Assembly (NCBI GenBank): GCA_030770535.1
Contig: JASVEC010000028.1
Coordinates: 620,001-684,000, forward strand
Direction: 5' to 3'
DNA from: Batkoa obscura
Lineage: Eukaryota
Length of the DNA: 64,000 bases
Shown here piece after piece: positions 1-13,585 of the stretch (position 1 is the first letter of the stretch; every line of letters begins with the position of its first letter). A model generated the notes under the pieces. The model saw nothing but the letters and a program-made list of their open reading frames with translations, did not search any database and was not told the origin of the DNA. The translations under genes were made by a program, and so were the position numbers.

Positions 1-30
1 AAAATTTCACTTTTTAACTTTCGTCTCTAG

Positions 31-1673
31 TTGAAATCCCCTCTATAGTATTAGATCTAGGATCCGATACGACGCGTATCGGACATGCAGGGGAAGATTG
101 TCCACGTAGTATGTTTCCTACAAATTTAGGTAAAAGAATAGGTGATTTTATCCCAGGAATCGATGGAGGATTTAGTAGTTCAAATAATAAGCATAATTAT
201 ATTGGTGGTATTGGAAATACAGTTAACCATATACCTGGGGTTGAAATGGTAAATCCATTTTCTGAAGGAGAGAGTAAGTTTTGTTTGTTTGTAAAATTAA
301 TATATTTTTTAGATGAAAAAGAGAACGGATTTCGAATGATTTACTAATATTAATTTTACATTTCTAGTTGTCGATTATGACGCTTTTGAATCCGTTTGTA
401 GTTATGCATTCAATCACTCTTTACGTTTAGGCTCCAATGAACAACCATTGTTATTTACCGAATATTCATGGGCTAGTTTAAATCAAAGGGAGAAAGTAAC
501 CGAATTGATGTTTGAAACTTTTGATATTCCTGCTTTATATTTAGCTAGAAACGCTGTTTTATCTGCGTGAGTTTAATATTTTTTTAATGTTTTAAGATGA
601 TAGAGATTAACAGAGGTTCTGAATTTTAGCTTTGCTAGTGGTAGAACAACTGCTTTAGTTTTAGATTCAGGAGCTTGTATGACTTCTGCAGTTCCTGTTT
701 ATGATGGTTATGTGTTAAAGAAAGGTAAGAAATAGTATAGTAAAATTAATTAACTGAATATAATATTTTTTTTCTTTAGGGATATTTAAACAACCATTAG
801 GAGGCAATGATATCAATGAATATATTATTGAAGATTTAAAAAAATTATATAATTATGAAGTAACGCCATCCTATTTAATTAAAAATAGACAAATACTAGA
901 AGCGGAAGCCTTACCTCAATTAGAGTTAAAACAGTTCGAGAATACTACAGAATCATTTAATAAGTTTATGAAATTAGTAAGGATAAATTTTGTTATAGTG
1001 ATAATAATTTATTCCTTTTAAATTTAGAATGCAGTTAATGAGTTTAAAGAATCCACTTGTCAAATATTTGAATCCTTTTATAATCAAAAGTAAGTTAATA
1101 AATAACAAAATAGACCGTTTTTAACAACTTTTATAATAACAATTAATTTAGTGCCATCGATACGCGTCCTGGTAAACCTTATGAATTTTCTGATGGTTAT
1201 AATCGAATTTTTGGCTCGGAACGTTTCCGTTATGGGGAAATAATGTTTCAACCCAATTTATTAACTAATCATAAAAAAGACATGAATAGTATCTCGAAAT
1301 TAATAGTTGATAGTATCAACTTAATGGACGTTGATTTAAAACCACATCTTTGTCATAATATTATATTAAGTGGTGGGAATACCTTAATTAATGGATTTAA
1401 TGATAGATTAGGTTATGAATTAAATAGTCAATTGTATGGGGTAAGTGAAGATAATATTATATAATATAATTTAGTAATGTTTTTTTTTTCATTTTTTATA
1501 TTTTATAGCAAAGAATTAAATTAATTCATGGGCCTAATAATTTTGAAAGAAAATATACTAATTGGTTAGGTGGTTCTATTTTATCTTCTTTAGCTACTTT
1601 TAATCAATTGTGGCTATCTAAATCCGAATATCAAGAATCTGGGACTTCTATTATTGAGAAAAAATTTGCTTAA
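31..1673 (+). CDS. ARP4: Actin-related protein 4 (NuA4/INO80/SWR1 subunit), multi-exon, 5' end outside the window
   Basis: Spliced translation gives [80 protein letters not shown] and [25 protein letters not shown]. Stop TAA at 1671-1673. Confidence 0.88.
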
Positions 1674-1954
1674 ATAAAGTTTATTATTTTATTATTTTAT
1701 ATATTTGTATTATGTTTAATAATTTATTTTTTGATTTTTGATTTTTTTGTTACATGCTACTTAAAATTATTGAAAGAATCCAACCAATTAAAGTTAGAGA
1801 TGAAATTATTAAAAATTTTATGGGATAAAAAAAGTCAATTAAGGATAAAGATTCAATATCAAAACTCGATCTTTTGATATTTTCAATAAATAATAAAATA
1901 TTAAGTCAATAGAGACGATTGAAAAGAGATAGAAGAAATTAAAAGTAAGAAAAG

Positions 1955-4900
1955 ATGAATCAACAAGAATTACCCAAAAAAGAGTTAGCTTTGTATAAAT
2001 CAATGCTCGTAATTTAACATTCTTTTTTACTCAATTATATAAACTAATAAAATCAAATCATTTTATTATAGAAACTCTTTGAATTCAAGCAATATAAAAA
2101 AGGATTAAAAACTGCAGAAACTGTTTTAAAAAAAGTACCTGAGCATGGAGGTAAATCTTATTTTTAATAATATCATAATATCCTTAGGACTAATCCATTT
2201 TCCTTTTTTTATTATTATTATTTATTTCAAAATAAATAGAAACCTTAGTTCTTAAAGGTTTATTTTTATCCCATCTTAATAGAAAAGAAGAAGGTTTTGA
2301 ATTAGCTAAAAAAGGGTTAAAGATTAATCCAAATAGTGGAACCTGTAAGTAATATATAATTTAAAATACAAATTTGAAAAAAGATAATAACAATACTAAA
2401 ATTAAATTAAAAGCATGGAATGTTATGGGTATTATGTATCGAAATGAAAGAAATTATAAAGATGCATTAAAATCTTTTATTGAAGCTATTAAGTTTGATA
2501 AAGTAAATCAGATTACATTATTTATTAATATTTTGAAAATTATAAATAATTAACATTAATTTATTTTTCATGTATATAGAATAATTTTCAAATTATAAGA
2601 GATATCTGCTACCTTCATATTCATCTTAGAAATTATGATTCTTTTAATGTAAATTATATAATCAATTATAAACTCAAATCAATCAATTTAAAATTTATAA
2701 TAGGAAATGAGTCAATTTATATTAAGTGCACGACCAGCGAATCGAGCCTTTTGGGGTGGTTTAGCAGTATCTTATCATTTAGTTAATAATTTAGATTCTG
2801 CTATCAAAGTGTTGGATGCTTATATTGAAACATTTTATGTAAATTTTAAATTGAAGTTAAATTAACTAAATATTAATAATGATTTTATTTTATTTATTTA
2901 GGAATCTAAAAATGTACCTGATTATGAACATTCCGAATTAATGTTATATCGTAATTTATTATATCAAGAAAATGGACAATATGAAAAAGCAAAACTCGAT
3001 TTGGACATTATTGAAAAAGATACATTTGATAAACTATCTCTTACTTTGTATAAAGGTAAAAAATTAGCGTATTTTTATTTTACACTTATTAATTTGATTT
3101 GATTTAATTTAGCTCGTATTTTAAAAAAACTTGGGGATAAATTAGGAGCTTCCGAAACTTATAGAAAATTAATTAATATTAATCCAGACTGTAAAGAATA
3201 TATATTAGAATTATTGGATATTGAAGAGTTAAATAAGGGTAAATTATATATCTATTATTAATTAAATAATTTAATTTATTTTTAATATAGATAATTTAAC
3301 TCATGAAGATAATCAACGAGTATTAACTATATTTGATGATTTACGTCGAGATAATCCAAAATCAAATTTATTAAAATATTTACCCTTAGTTTATAGTAAT
3401 AGTGAACAATTTGAAAGTTATGCTAAACCGTATATAACTCATGCCATCAAAAAAGGAATCCCATCTTTATTTTCAAATTTAAAAGATTTATATAAAAATG
3501 AAGAAAAGAAAGAAATTATTATTAAAATTATTGAAGAGATTTATAATGAAAGTAAAAATAGTAAAGATTTACAAGTTAATGGAAATGGTAAAACTTTGAT
3601 AAAATAATGAATTGAATTATATATTTATTGAATTTGTTTTATTTAGGTACTTCAGTTGCCAATGAAATTATTTGGAGTGAATACTTTTTATCTCAACATT
3701 ATGATAAAATTGGAAATCATCAAAAAGCGTTAGAATTTATTGAATTAGCTATTCAAAGGGAACCTAAAATGGTAGAATTATATATGACTAAAGCTAGAAT
3801 TTATAAGGTAAATAGAATTAAAAAATATTATTTATTATTTAAAATATTATAAATTAATAATTAATATATAATATATTAGCATCTTAAAAACATTGAAGTA
3901 GCTAGTGAAGTTATGGAAGAAGCAAGAAAAATTGATCTTGCTGATCGATATGTTAATACAAAATGTACTAAATATTTGTTACGTAATAATAAAGTAGAAG
4001 AAGCAGAAAATATTATTACTTTATTTGTTAGAGTAAGTTGAGAAATTAATCTATAATTTATATAGATAATAACATATTAAATTGATTCTTTTTTATAGCC
4101 TGATTCCAATGACAAATTAAATGAATTAGCTGAAAATCAATGTTTATGGTTTGAAATTGAAGCAGCTAAATCTAGATATCGTCAAAATCAAATTGGCCTA
4201 ACATTGAAAAAAGCTCATTTAATTGCTAAAGTAAATTGATTAAATTTTCTTTTATTATTATATAATATATAATATTTTTTTTAGCATTTTAATGATTTTG
4301 AAGATGATCAATTAGATTTCCATGGTTATTGTATGAGAAAATCAACCGTTCGCCCTTATTTAAGGTTATTATTATTATATTCTAATTAATAATAATAATT
4401 TAATTTAATTTAATTTAATTTATAGAGCTTTAGTATTTGAAGATAAACTTTATTGTAATAAAACTTATATTCAAGCAGTAGAATTGGCTGCTAAGGTAAA
4501 TATTATAATTAAATTTGAAAAATTAGAATTAACAATTAAATTTTTAGTGCTATGTTATGATAGCTGAGAATCCAGAAGCAGCTAAAAATGCGGATAATCC
4601 AGAATATAGTAAATTTTAATATTTTTTATATTAAATTGAAACATAGTTTTTATATAATGTATTAACCTACTTTCATTATAAATAGCTAAATTAAGTGCAG
4701 CTGAAAAGAAGAAATTAAAATTAAAACAAAAGAAAGCATTACAAAAATCTAATCAAGAAAATGAAAAAAATAATGAACTTACAGGGAAAAATGGTAAATT
4801 AAATTATTATTATTATTATAATTCCAATAAGTTATTTATTTTTATTATTTTTATTCTAGAATCTAAAAAAGATGAAGATCCAAAAGGATTAAAATATTTT

Positions 4901-5367
4901 TCAGTAAGTTTTAAAAAAAATAATAATTTGTTAATATTAATAATTTATTAATATTTATTAAGATTCAAGATCCCCTTGAAGAAGCATTTAAATTAATTAA
5001 ACCAACACTTGAATTTGAAGATTTATCATTATCTTATGTTCAAGCTTGTTTTGAAGTATTAATTCGACAAAGTAAATTTTATTTATCATTTTATCTTATA
5101 AAAAGATTATATTAACGATTTATATTATTATTAGATAAATTCCTTCTCAGTTTAAAGATGATATTAAAATCTATCAAATTAGATTCTAAAGATGTATTAA
5201 TTCAAGAACAACTTAAAAAATTTATAGAATGTTTTAATGAAATTAAAAAACAAAAGAAGATACCTGAATATTTAATAAATACAATTGAAAATCAATTGAA
5301 GAAGGTAACTGTAGACTATCCAGAATATTTAGATACAATTGTTGGTTTACAAGGATTGAAGATTTAA
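1955..5367 (+). CDS. NAT1: NatA N-terminal acetyltransferase auxiliary subunit (TPR), many short introns
   Basis: MNQQELPKKE...FEFKQYKKGLKTAETVLKKVPEHGETL, ELYMTKARIYKH, ARKIDLADRYVNTKC, EDDQLDFHGYCMRK and KKDEDPKG match Naa15/Nat1 hallmarks. Confidence 0.92.
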
Positions 5368-5445
5368 TCAAGTGAAAAATTAAAAGATGAAGATACGATT
5401 ATATGTTGATGTGACTTTTTAATGAATAAAATTATTAAAAGTAGC

Positions 5446-5552
5446 ATATGATGATGTTTTTTTCTGTTTCATTGCTTTTTCCGTTTTTTAAGCGCTATTT
5501 GAGTGAAAAGATTGTTAGTAAAATTCTTAAATAAAAAAATACTTCCCCATAT
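5446..5552 (+). mobile_element. MITE family A, copy 1
   Basis: atatgatgatg...aagcgctatttgagtgaaaagattgttagtaaaattcttaa...cttccccatat matches the other copies. Confidence 0.85.
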
Positions 5553-5728
5553 CTTTATTTGATTATCATTATTTTGAGTTAAAAATTAAGTTTGTGAAAT
5601 AATTAAAAATGGGGTTAGATTATTTTTTGTTGTTTTGTCATTTAATGAACTTGATTTAATAGCTTGGGAACCTATTTTTTATTTTATTTTAAGTGTATTG
5701 TTACTTTGAGAAAATATTTTAATAATAA

Positions 5729-5834
5729 TAATGGGAATGTATTTTTGTCTTTAAGAACTCTACTAACAATCCTTCCACTCAAATAACACTTAAAAGATGG
5801 AAAAAGTGATGAAGCTAAAAAAACACCCACATAT
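5729..5834 (-). mobile_element. MITE family A, copy 2 (inverted relative to copy 1)
   Basis: atgggaatgt...ttaagaactctactaacaatccttccactcaaata...cacccacatat is the reverse complement of the consensus. Confidence 0.8.
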
Positions 5835-6894
5835 AGTAAAAATATAGTTAAATATTAATATCATCTTATTATGTTTATTATTATGTTTATTATAAGATCG
5901 TTTTTATTAAATTATTTTAATTAGTAATAATATTAAAAGTCATTTTGATAAAATAAAAATTACAATAAAATGAAGCTATTTTTCTAATTTCATTATATAA
6001 ATTTTTTTATTTAAATAATCTTTTATAAAATATAAATAAACTTGATAATTGTAATTAATTGTTAACTAAATGTACTAAAAATACATTTTAAGATTTCAAT
6101 TTAAAAAGTAATTAGGTAATTCCCCATTATTATTATTTTTGTCTAAGGGTAATGAAACAACATTTAATTTAACCTAGACAAATTGCTATGAGTGAAGATT
6201 TCCTCAATCTCAGTAAAATATGAATCTTCCTTTAAATTTTTACTAAAATAACGAAGTTCCGTCACTACAGTATAATAAAAAAAACCCCTTCAGATTCATC
6301 ATTCTTTTTATTATATCACTTTTCAACTTTTTTAAAATATTCTAATAATAAATGAGTAATAATTAAAAAAACTGTTCCAAAATAACTACCACTGTTAATA
6401 AAATATTCTCAAACTGAATCCATTTCATATCGATTTCTGAAACAATGGCTTATAGTTTTTCAAACTACCAATAATGACCTAATTTTTATTATTTTTTAAT
6501 TCAAACTAGTAATTTTATTTATTTTAATAAATAATATAACTTAAAAACCATTATACAATTTAATATTACATTGTGTTTTATTTCTAAAAAGTATATAGAA
6601 CAAATAGAATCTTTATCCTCACCTTTTTTGTTATCACGCGACTTTATAACCTATCTTTTTCAACGTTAATCAAATAGCTTTTGATTCATGATTCTAAATC
6701 ATATTAACTTGAGTAACATTGTGGAGCATTTCGTTGAACCAATCAAATTTAAGGCTAGATAAAACTTTAAAATTTAGTATAAAATCAAACTAAACTTGAT
6801 TTTATGTTAATTTAATTTTTTTTAAAAGAAAATTTTAGTTATCTCTTTTCATTACTATTGTTATTATAAGTTAACGTCAATTATCAATTCAAAT

Positions 6895-7155
6895 ATGTTT
6901 AAAAGAATTTGTATATTTTTCTATCTATTATTCACTGTGTTTTCAATCCCTTTATTATTACCTAGGAATTTGAATGATTTTCAATCAGGTTGTAGTACTG
7001 GTATAAAAAGTATAAGATTATTAAATGGTAGGAATAATGAAAAAGAATGGAAATTAATAACAAAATCAAATCAACATTATTTTAATATGGATTTATTTAC
7101 AACTACTCAAGGTCAAACATTACTATGGAATATTTTGGATTTCTTATCTTTTTAA
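6895..7155 (+). CDS. Candidate small secreted protein (86 aa)
   Basis: Intronless ORF with a signal-peptide-like start (MFKRICIFFYLLFTVFS), A-rich context before the ATG and AATAAA downstream. No recognised domain. Confidence 0.4.
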   Translation: MFKRICIFFYLLFTVFSIPLLLPRNLNDFQSGCSTGIKSIRLLNGRNNEKEWKLITKSNQHYFNMDLFTTTQGQTLLWNILDFLSF

Positions 7156-7360
7156 AAATCAAATAGTTTTAATTTTTCGCTAAAAAAAATAAGTATATCT
7201 TTTTTATTTAACTGTGTTAAAAACCCCCTTTTTATTCTCTCATGAATTCTATTTTCTATATTTCTTTTATCTTGTATTTACCTATAAATAAAAAAATGGC
7301 AATTAAATTTCAGTTTATATAAAAATTTATTTAGAATTATATTGATATTCTTATTTTGAT

Positions 7361-7470
7361 ATATGAGAGTGTTTTTTTTTTGGCTTCATTATTTTTCCCA
7401 TTTTTTGAGCGCTATTTCAGCGTGAAAGGTTGTTAGTGAAATTCTTAAACAAAAAAATACATCCTCATAT
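7361..7470 (+). mobile_element. MITE family A, copy 3
   Basis: atatgagagtg...gcgctatttcagcgtgaaaggttgttagtgaaattcttaaac...catcctcatat. Confidence 0.85.
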
Positions 7471-7496
7471 ATTATATTATATTAATAAATTTTTAT

Positions 7497-9470
7497 TTAA
7501 AATCCAAAATGAAATTGATGTTCAAAACCACCACCTTGATGACTTCCATGACCTCCTTTTTGAAAGAAAAATTGGAATGGATCACCACCTGAAAATGGAT
7601 GTCCATGACCACCAAATGGATTCTCATTATGTCCATGACCACCAGTAGGATCATTTGGATCATCTCCTTGATCAAATCGAGCTTTTAATTCTATATTAAA
7701 ATAATAATTATTAATAACTTAAACTCATAGAAATAAATAAATAAATAAATAAATAGATTTTTTTACCTTCATTTGATAACACTTCATAAGCTTGATTTAA
7801 TTCTGCCATTTTCTTTTCAACTTCTTCTTTTGGTAAATCACCACGATAAGTATCTGGATGCCATTTTCTGGCTAATTTTAAAAATGCCTTTTTAATTTCT
7901 TTTTGTCCTGCATTTCGGGATACTTGTAAGATTTTATAATAATCTTTTTGTTTACTTTGTTTTAATTTAATTTGTGCATTTCTTAATTTTTCTTTAATCT
8001 AATACAAATATAAAAATTAGTTGAATATTATCATTTGTTGTTTGATTGTTACTCACCTTTTTATCTCCTTCTTTGATTTCATTAGCTTTCTTTAAATCTT
8101 GAATTGCTTCTTCATATTTTTCCATTAATATATATACTTCAGATCTAGCTACTAAGGGTATTGAAGATTCTGGTTGAAGTTCAATTGCTTTCGTACAACT
8201 ATCAATACTTTTTCCTTTATTCTTAAGCTAAATAATTAGTTAATTAATTATAATAATATAAATAATATTATAATTTACTCTTTGATTAGCAATACAATTA
8301 TAAATGTATAATTTGCCCATTAATTGATTTGGACCGAAATCTGTAGCACCAATTTCATTAACAATTTCCTTTAATTTAGCTTCAATAGAAATTAATAAAC
8401 CGTTATTATTATCATTATCTAAAATCTCATTAATTTCTTTCCAATCTTTCTTTTTATAAAGAGTTTGTAAGTTGGTCATTTGTTTTTCACTCTTTTTAAT
8501 TTGTTTAAATAAAGCTTTAAACTTTTTAGAATCTGGATCATAATGTAATATCTTCTTAACATTTTTAATAGCTGCATCAAAATCATACATTATATAATAA
8601 TTAATTAAAGCTAATTTTTGTAATGTTTCTTGATCTAAAGGAGATAATTGAATTACTCGACTATAAATGATAATAATAATAATTAGTTATTTATAGAATA
8701 TTAAACTAATAATTAACTTACGTCCAATCACCAATAGCTTCTTCATATAAATTTTGAGAAATAGCTGAATAAGCTCTTTTTTTACGTAACTCTAAAGCTT
8801 GTGGAGCTACCATTAATAGAAATGAAAATGTTTCTCCTGCTGATTTAAATTCTCTATTTTGTAGCTGTTTTTCACCAACAGAAATTAATTGACTTGCTTC
8901 ATTTACTTTTCCTAACTAAAATAATAAAAATCGTTATTACTATTACTTGATATAAATACAATAAAATAATTCTTTACCAATTCAATAGTATCTTGATGTT
9001 GTTCATTAGTACTTAAAAATTGCTTCAAATCTTTAATAGCCAATTCAAATTCGCCTTTTTTAGCATAGATTTTACCACGTTGTAAATAAGCCTAATTTTA
9101 AAATTAGTAAATAATTAGAGTATCAATAAAACATCAACTAACCTGATTAAAATCGGGTTTAATATCCAAAATAGAAGAAAAGTCATCAATAGCTTGTTGA
9201 TTTCTACCAAGAGTAACTAAAGCAGTGGCACGTTTAAAATAACTTAGATAGTTTTTTGGGTCAAGTTCTAAAAGTAATTTGTTAGATTTAAAGATTTTAA
9301 GAAATAAGTTTTTGAAACTTACCTATAGCGTTATTATAAGCTTCTAAAGCATCAGTAAATTGACCTTGAGATAAAAAAGAGTTAGCTTCAGTTAACCATT
9401 GTTCACTATTTTTTTCACAATTGGTCAATTGAAGTTGAAGTAATAACAATGAAAGTATATGGAATCTCAT
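7497..9470 (-). CDS. DNAJC3: ER-lumenal TPR + J-domain co-chaperone (DNAJC3/P58IPK-like)
   Basis: Signal peptide [18 protein letters not shown], TPRs ([17 protein letters not shown]), J domain KDYYKILQV...KLARKWHPD...NQAYEVLSN and a G/F-rich tail. Confidence 0.9.
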
Positions 9471-10289
9471 TGTTTTAAAATATTAATAACAATAATAAAA
9501 TTAAAAGAATAAAAAATTGAAATAACAGTCATATTATAAATTTAATTTATAGTTTTAGGAAAGTTTGGTAATTAATTTTTTTTAATCAATAACCAATCAT
9601 TTTTTACACTTTTGAATTTTCGTTAATGTTAGCAAATTATATTCTCTGTTCATGGTCCTTAGCCAACTTAATTTCCAATCTTTTTAAACCACATAATCGA
9701 AACTTGATTAAACTTCAAAAGCCAAGAGTGACTATTGGCTTAACAAATTAAATCATTTGTTATGGAAATTAATTGAAGCATGATCTGATTAATCTAAGCC
9801 TTTTTTCTTAGTCTAAAATTAATCAGAAAAGTAAGTTTATTAACTTTTCCGTTATTATCGACTATAGAAATGGACAAGTTTTATAATTTAAAGCAAATGT
9901 TTTAAACTAACTGCTTTTCAACAGTTCTTTATAATCATAATTATACTATTAAAAAAATGAAAAGGATTAAAGTAAATCAATATAATAAATTTAAACAAAA
10001 TCTAAATACCAATATAAGATTTATTTTTTGATAAATTTATTTTATACTTTCCTAATTTTATAATTTAACTCAAAGTAATTCCTCAACTTTACCGATCAAC
10101 ATTTGAAACTAAAAGCTAATTATTATGAAAAGATAGATCGGTTAACTATATAAAGCAGTATAAATCAATTTTCCAACTACCAATTCATATTTAGAAAGCA
10201 TTATCTATTTAACCCAGTAACAAAAGGTTATAATAAGCTTAATTTTCTTATTTACCAATATATAACGTTTAGTTTATCAGCTATCTTGA

Positions 10290-11165
10290 TCTTATTTCAC
10301 TCTAACAAATGCTGCTCAGTTGGTGAGCTTTTATGACTTGGATTGGGGCTATAAAGGCGTTATCTCGCATAAAGTGGGGGTTCATCTCTGGTGAAGCCAC
10401 CGTTTACGTGTTTTTCAAGTGAAGCCTAAAAGTATAATTAGTGATTCTTAAAATTATGTATACTTTTACCTAAGTCAAGGGGATACAATTCTCACCAAGC
10501 TTTACACTTTGAAGCTTTTTAAAAAGTTAGCTGTATGGTGGAAAGTTTCAAATTCAACAGCTCTATAAACCCAATTAGTTAAATTTTTATTAAATAATTA
10601 ATAAATCTCACACTTTTTCTGAGCAACTTTTATCAAGAATAACATTTGAAGCTTTTGCAACAGTTTCTATAAAAGCTTGAGCATCTTAATAACGTCTTAG
10701 ATTAAATTTTTACTATTAGGTTATTGTATTACTTTGCAATTTGAATCGAAAAGGAGATTTCCAAGTATAGTTTCATTTGGGGGATATACAGAGCATTGCT
10801 CTGCTAAAAAATTAATTTTTTAATTTTAATCTTTTTTAATTCCTACTAATAAATTTTCTTTTCTCACATTCTTCACGAAAGGTGGAATACTTAATCAATA
10901 TACTAACATGTGTTAATTTTTTTGCTATACTATGCTAAATAATACAAATTATTTTTTTCCGAAAAATTCAAAGTCATTGAGTTTACGGATGCAAACTTCG
11001 ATATCTTTAACATGGTCAAACTCCTAAAATAAAGTCAAAATCCAATATTCAGACAAAATTAAGATATATACCATAAAGCAGAAGTTATCATGGAGATCAA
11101 TGCTCAAAACTTCTTTGTAAGGAAGGAGAAGTTTTCAATGTCCTCCTGTACAACTCCGCTAAGTA
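10290..11165 (-). pseudogene. Decayed spliced gene with an N-terminal RRM-like segment
   Basis: EDIE(frameshift)LLPYKEVLSIDLHDNFCFM/EFDHVKDIEVCIRKLNDFEFFGKK* resembles an RRM with RNP1. GT-AG introns are retained, but frameshifts and stops are present. Confidence 0.45.
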
Positions 11166-11453
11166 AATAATCAATGTATATACGTGATATGTTTTTTTTC
11201 AAGAATAATATATTCAGTTGAAAATAAATGGGTAAAATAAGTACAGAAGAATGGCTAGGAAAGAAAAGCTAATCAGAGGACGCAAGCATCCCTCAAAAAC
11301 TAAGATGTTTTGGAAATTATTACAAGTTTGTGTTAGTCAAGGTATTTGAGTGACGTAACATAGGCTTACTGCAATCAGACTTTGAATTATGAGTATCATT
11401 AGCTGAACAAAAATAAGGAGTAAATCCAATTAGTTTCAAAAAGATATACAATT

Positions 11454-11558
11454 ATATGGGGATGTATTTTTTTGTTTAAGAACTTTGCTAACAATTTTTC
11501 CGCTCAAATAGCGCTTAAAAAATGGAAAAAGTAATGAAACCAAAAAAACATCCTCATA
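11454..11558 (-). mobile_element. MITE family A, copy 4 (first of a tandem pair)
   Basis: atatggggatgt...ccgctcaaatagcgcttaaaaaatggaaaaag...catcctcata. Confidence 0.88.
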
Positions 11559-11658
11559 GGGGATATATTTTTTTTAAGAGTTTTAGTGATAGCTTTTCCA
11601 CTCAAATAGTGCTTAAACGATAGAAAAAGTGATGAACCCAAAAAAAACGCTCTCATAT
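11556..11658 (-). mobile_element. MITE family A, copy 5 (abuts copy 4)
   Basis: ataggggatat...ccactcaaatagtgcttaa...cgctctcatat. Confidence 0.8.
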
Positions 11659-12031
11659 TCTAGTATGTATTTACAATTTTATTTATATGCTTTATAAGAT
11701 AAGTTTATATTAAATATCAATTCAACTCAATATCAAAGCCTTTCTTTAAACAAATGGGAATTAATAAATTTGAAAAATTTAGATGGACACACATTTTATT
11801 TCAAGATTTAACTGATACTTTAATTTAATCTATTCAAAAAATGACCATAATATTAACAAGAGAAGATCTATATTATAATATTTTGCGTTTAATTTGGGGT
11901 ATTGATCCCAATCATTAATAGCAATGCCCAAAATTTAAACACAAAATGCTACAATATATAAACGATAGCAAAAACCAAATTAAAAGACTTAACATTCTCA
12001 TCAAAATAAAAAAATAAAACATTAAAAAATT

Positions 12032-13352
12032 TTAATTTTTAACATCTCCACTAGTCCCCTCTTGACTTTCCCTTTCCTTTTTTCTAAGAGCTCTTTTGCG
12101 AGTGGATACCATTTGATCTAAAAAAAGACCGTTAATATCATTAAATAATAAAACAAATACTAAACTTACCCTTATTTAAAAAGATCCAAAAGTCTAAGTT
12201 AGCGAAATTAGAAGTAAGTGCATGGATAATAGCATGTGGGAAATAAGGAGTTGAATTATTAGGGAAATTAGAACCACCTGGAACACCGATCTTATTCAGT
12301 ACAGTTTTAGCAAAAGATTTAGCCGTTGGAATAAGGAAAGAAGATTTTTTAAATTTAGATAATTTAGAAACCACAAAATAAGGGATGATATTAGTGACTA
12401 AGATCTTATCTTTTTCCAATTCAGGTCCTAAAGCTGCTGAAAAAGTTTGTAAAAAGGATTTACTGCTTGAATAAGTGGTCAATAATGGAGTAGGGATTAA
12501 GCCAGCAAAAGAACCAATATTCATAATTAAACCTGAATAATCACCACTATTAGTAGCCTTCTTCATTACTGGTACAATTAATTTGGTCATGAATAAAGTT
12601 CCATAAACATTGATATTTAAGATATCTTCAATTTCACTATCTTCTTCTTCTTCAAGGTATTTAGGATGTTCGTGACTTTTACCAACATTGTTAACTAGAG
12701 AGTTATTAATTCAATTCATTAAATGTTAATTTTACTTACTTAATATATGGATAGGTAAATCTTTAATCAATTGTTTTACAGGTTCAAATTTAGCTACCCC
12801 AGGTTTAGCGAAATCCAAAGCTAAAGTTTTGATTTCTACTTCGTTGTCTTTACCTAATAAAAACTGTTATTTATGTTATTTATTGCTGTAATTTTATAGC
12901 TTACTTATTTCCTCTTTAAGTTGATCTAACTTGGATTGAGTACGAGAGATTAAAACTAAATTAAACTTCTCTTTAGCAAGTAATAAGGTTAACTCTTTTC
13001 CAATCCCATCAGTACATCCAGTAATTACTAATATCTAACCTTAGTTTAATTCCTAAAATAAAAACTTTCTATTTACCTGCCCATGCTCCAGTATTGGCGC
13101 CGAATTCTTTAATCTAAAAGCTTAGTTATCAAAAAGTTTTAAATGTGTTAAGTGAGTAAATTACATTCTTTCCTGGTGCAATATAGCAACTAAAGATGGT
13201 ACCGACGATAGGTAAAATTTTATAACAAATATAAACCAATCCGAAAAATTTCAAGGCTTGACTAACAATTTCGTTTTCTAAAATTCCTAAAGTAATGGAT
13301 TATATTGATTTCTTATACTTCTAAATTGCAAAGTACCATATAAAATATCCAT
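12032..13352 (-). CDS. IFA38: Very-long-chain 3-oxoacyl-CoA reductase (SDR)
   Basis: [48 protein letters not shown] (YxxxK), [10 protein letters not shown] and a C-terminal RKRALRKK. Confidence 0.9.
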
Positions 13353-13585
13353 TTTATAAAAAAAAAGTAACTTCAAAAATATAAGAATTCGAGTTTTAAG
13401 ATGACTCAATAATTATGGTTTAAGCCAATAAAAGATAGCCTTATAGTTAAGATAAAAAGAATGTTATTATTCCACAAATTTAAAGGGATGATTAGTCATT
13501 TGAAATAAATTATAACTACCTAAAATACAATAAATAGATAAAACAGTAATAAAATCAACCATATTGTTAAAAGAAAACAAAATTT

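Noticed and set aside
7430..7675. His-rich and Met-rich short ORFs
   Set aside because: They are alternative frames or antisense of the DNAJC3-like last exon. The same applies to the shadow ORFs at 14674, 14724, 18610, 27369, 30012, 34642, 44013, 45880 and 60874.
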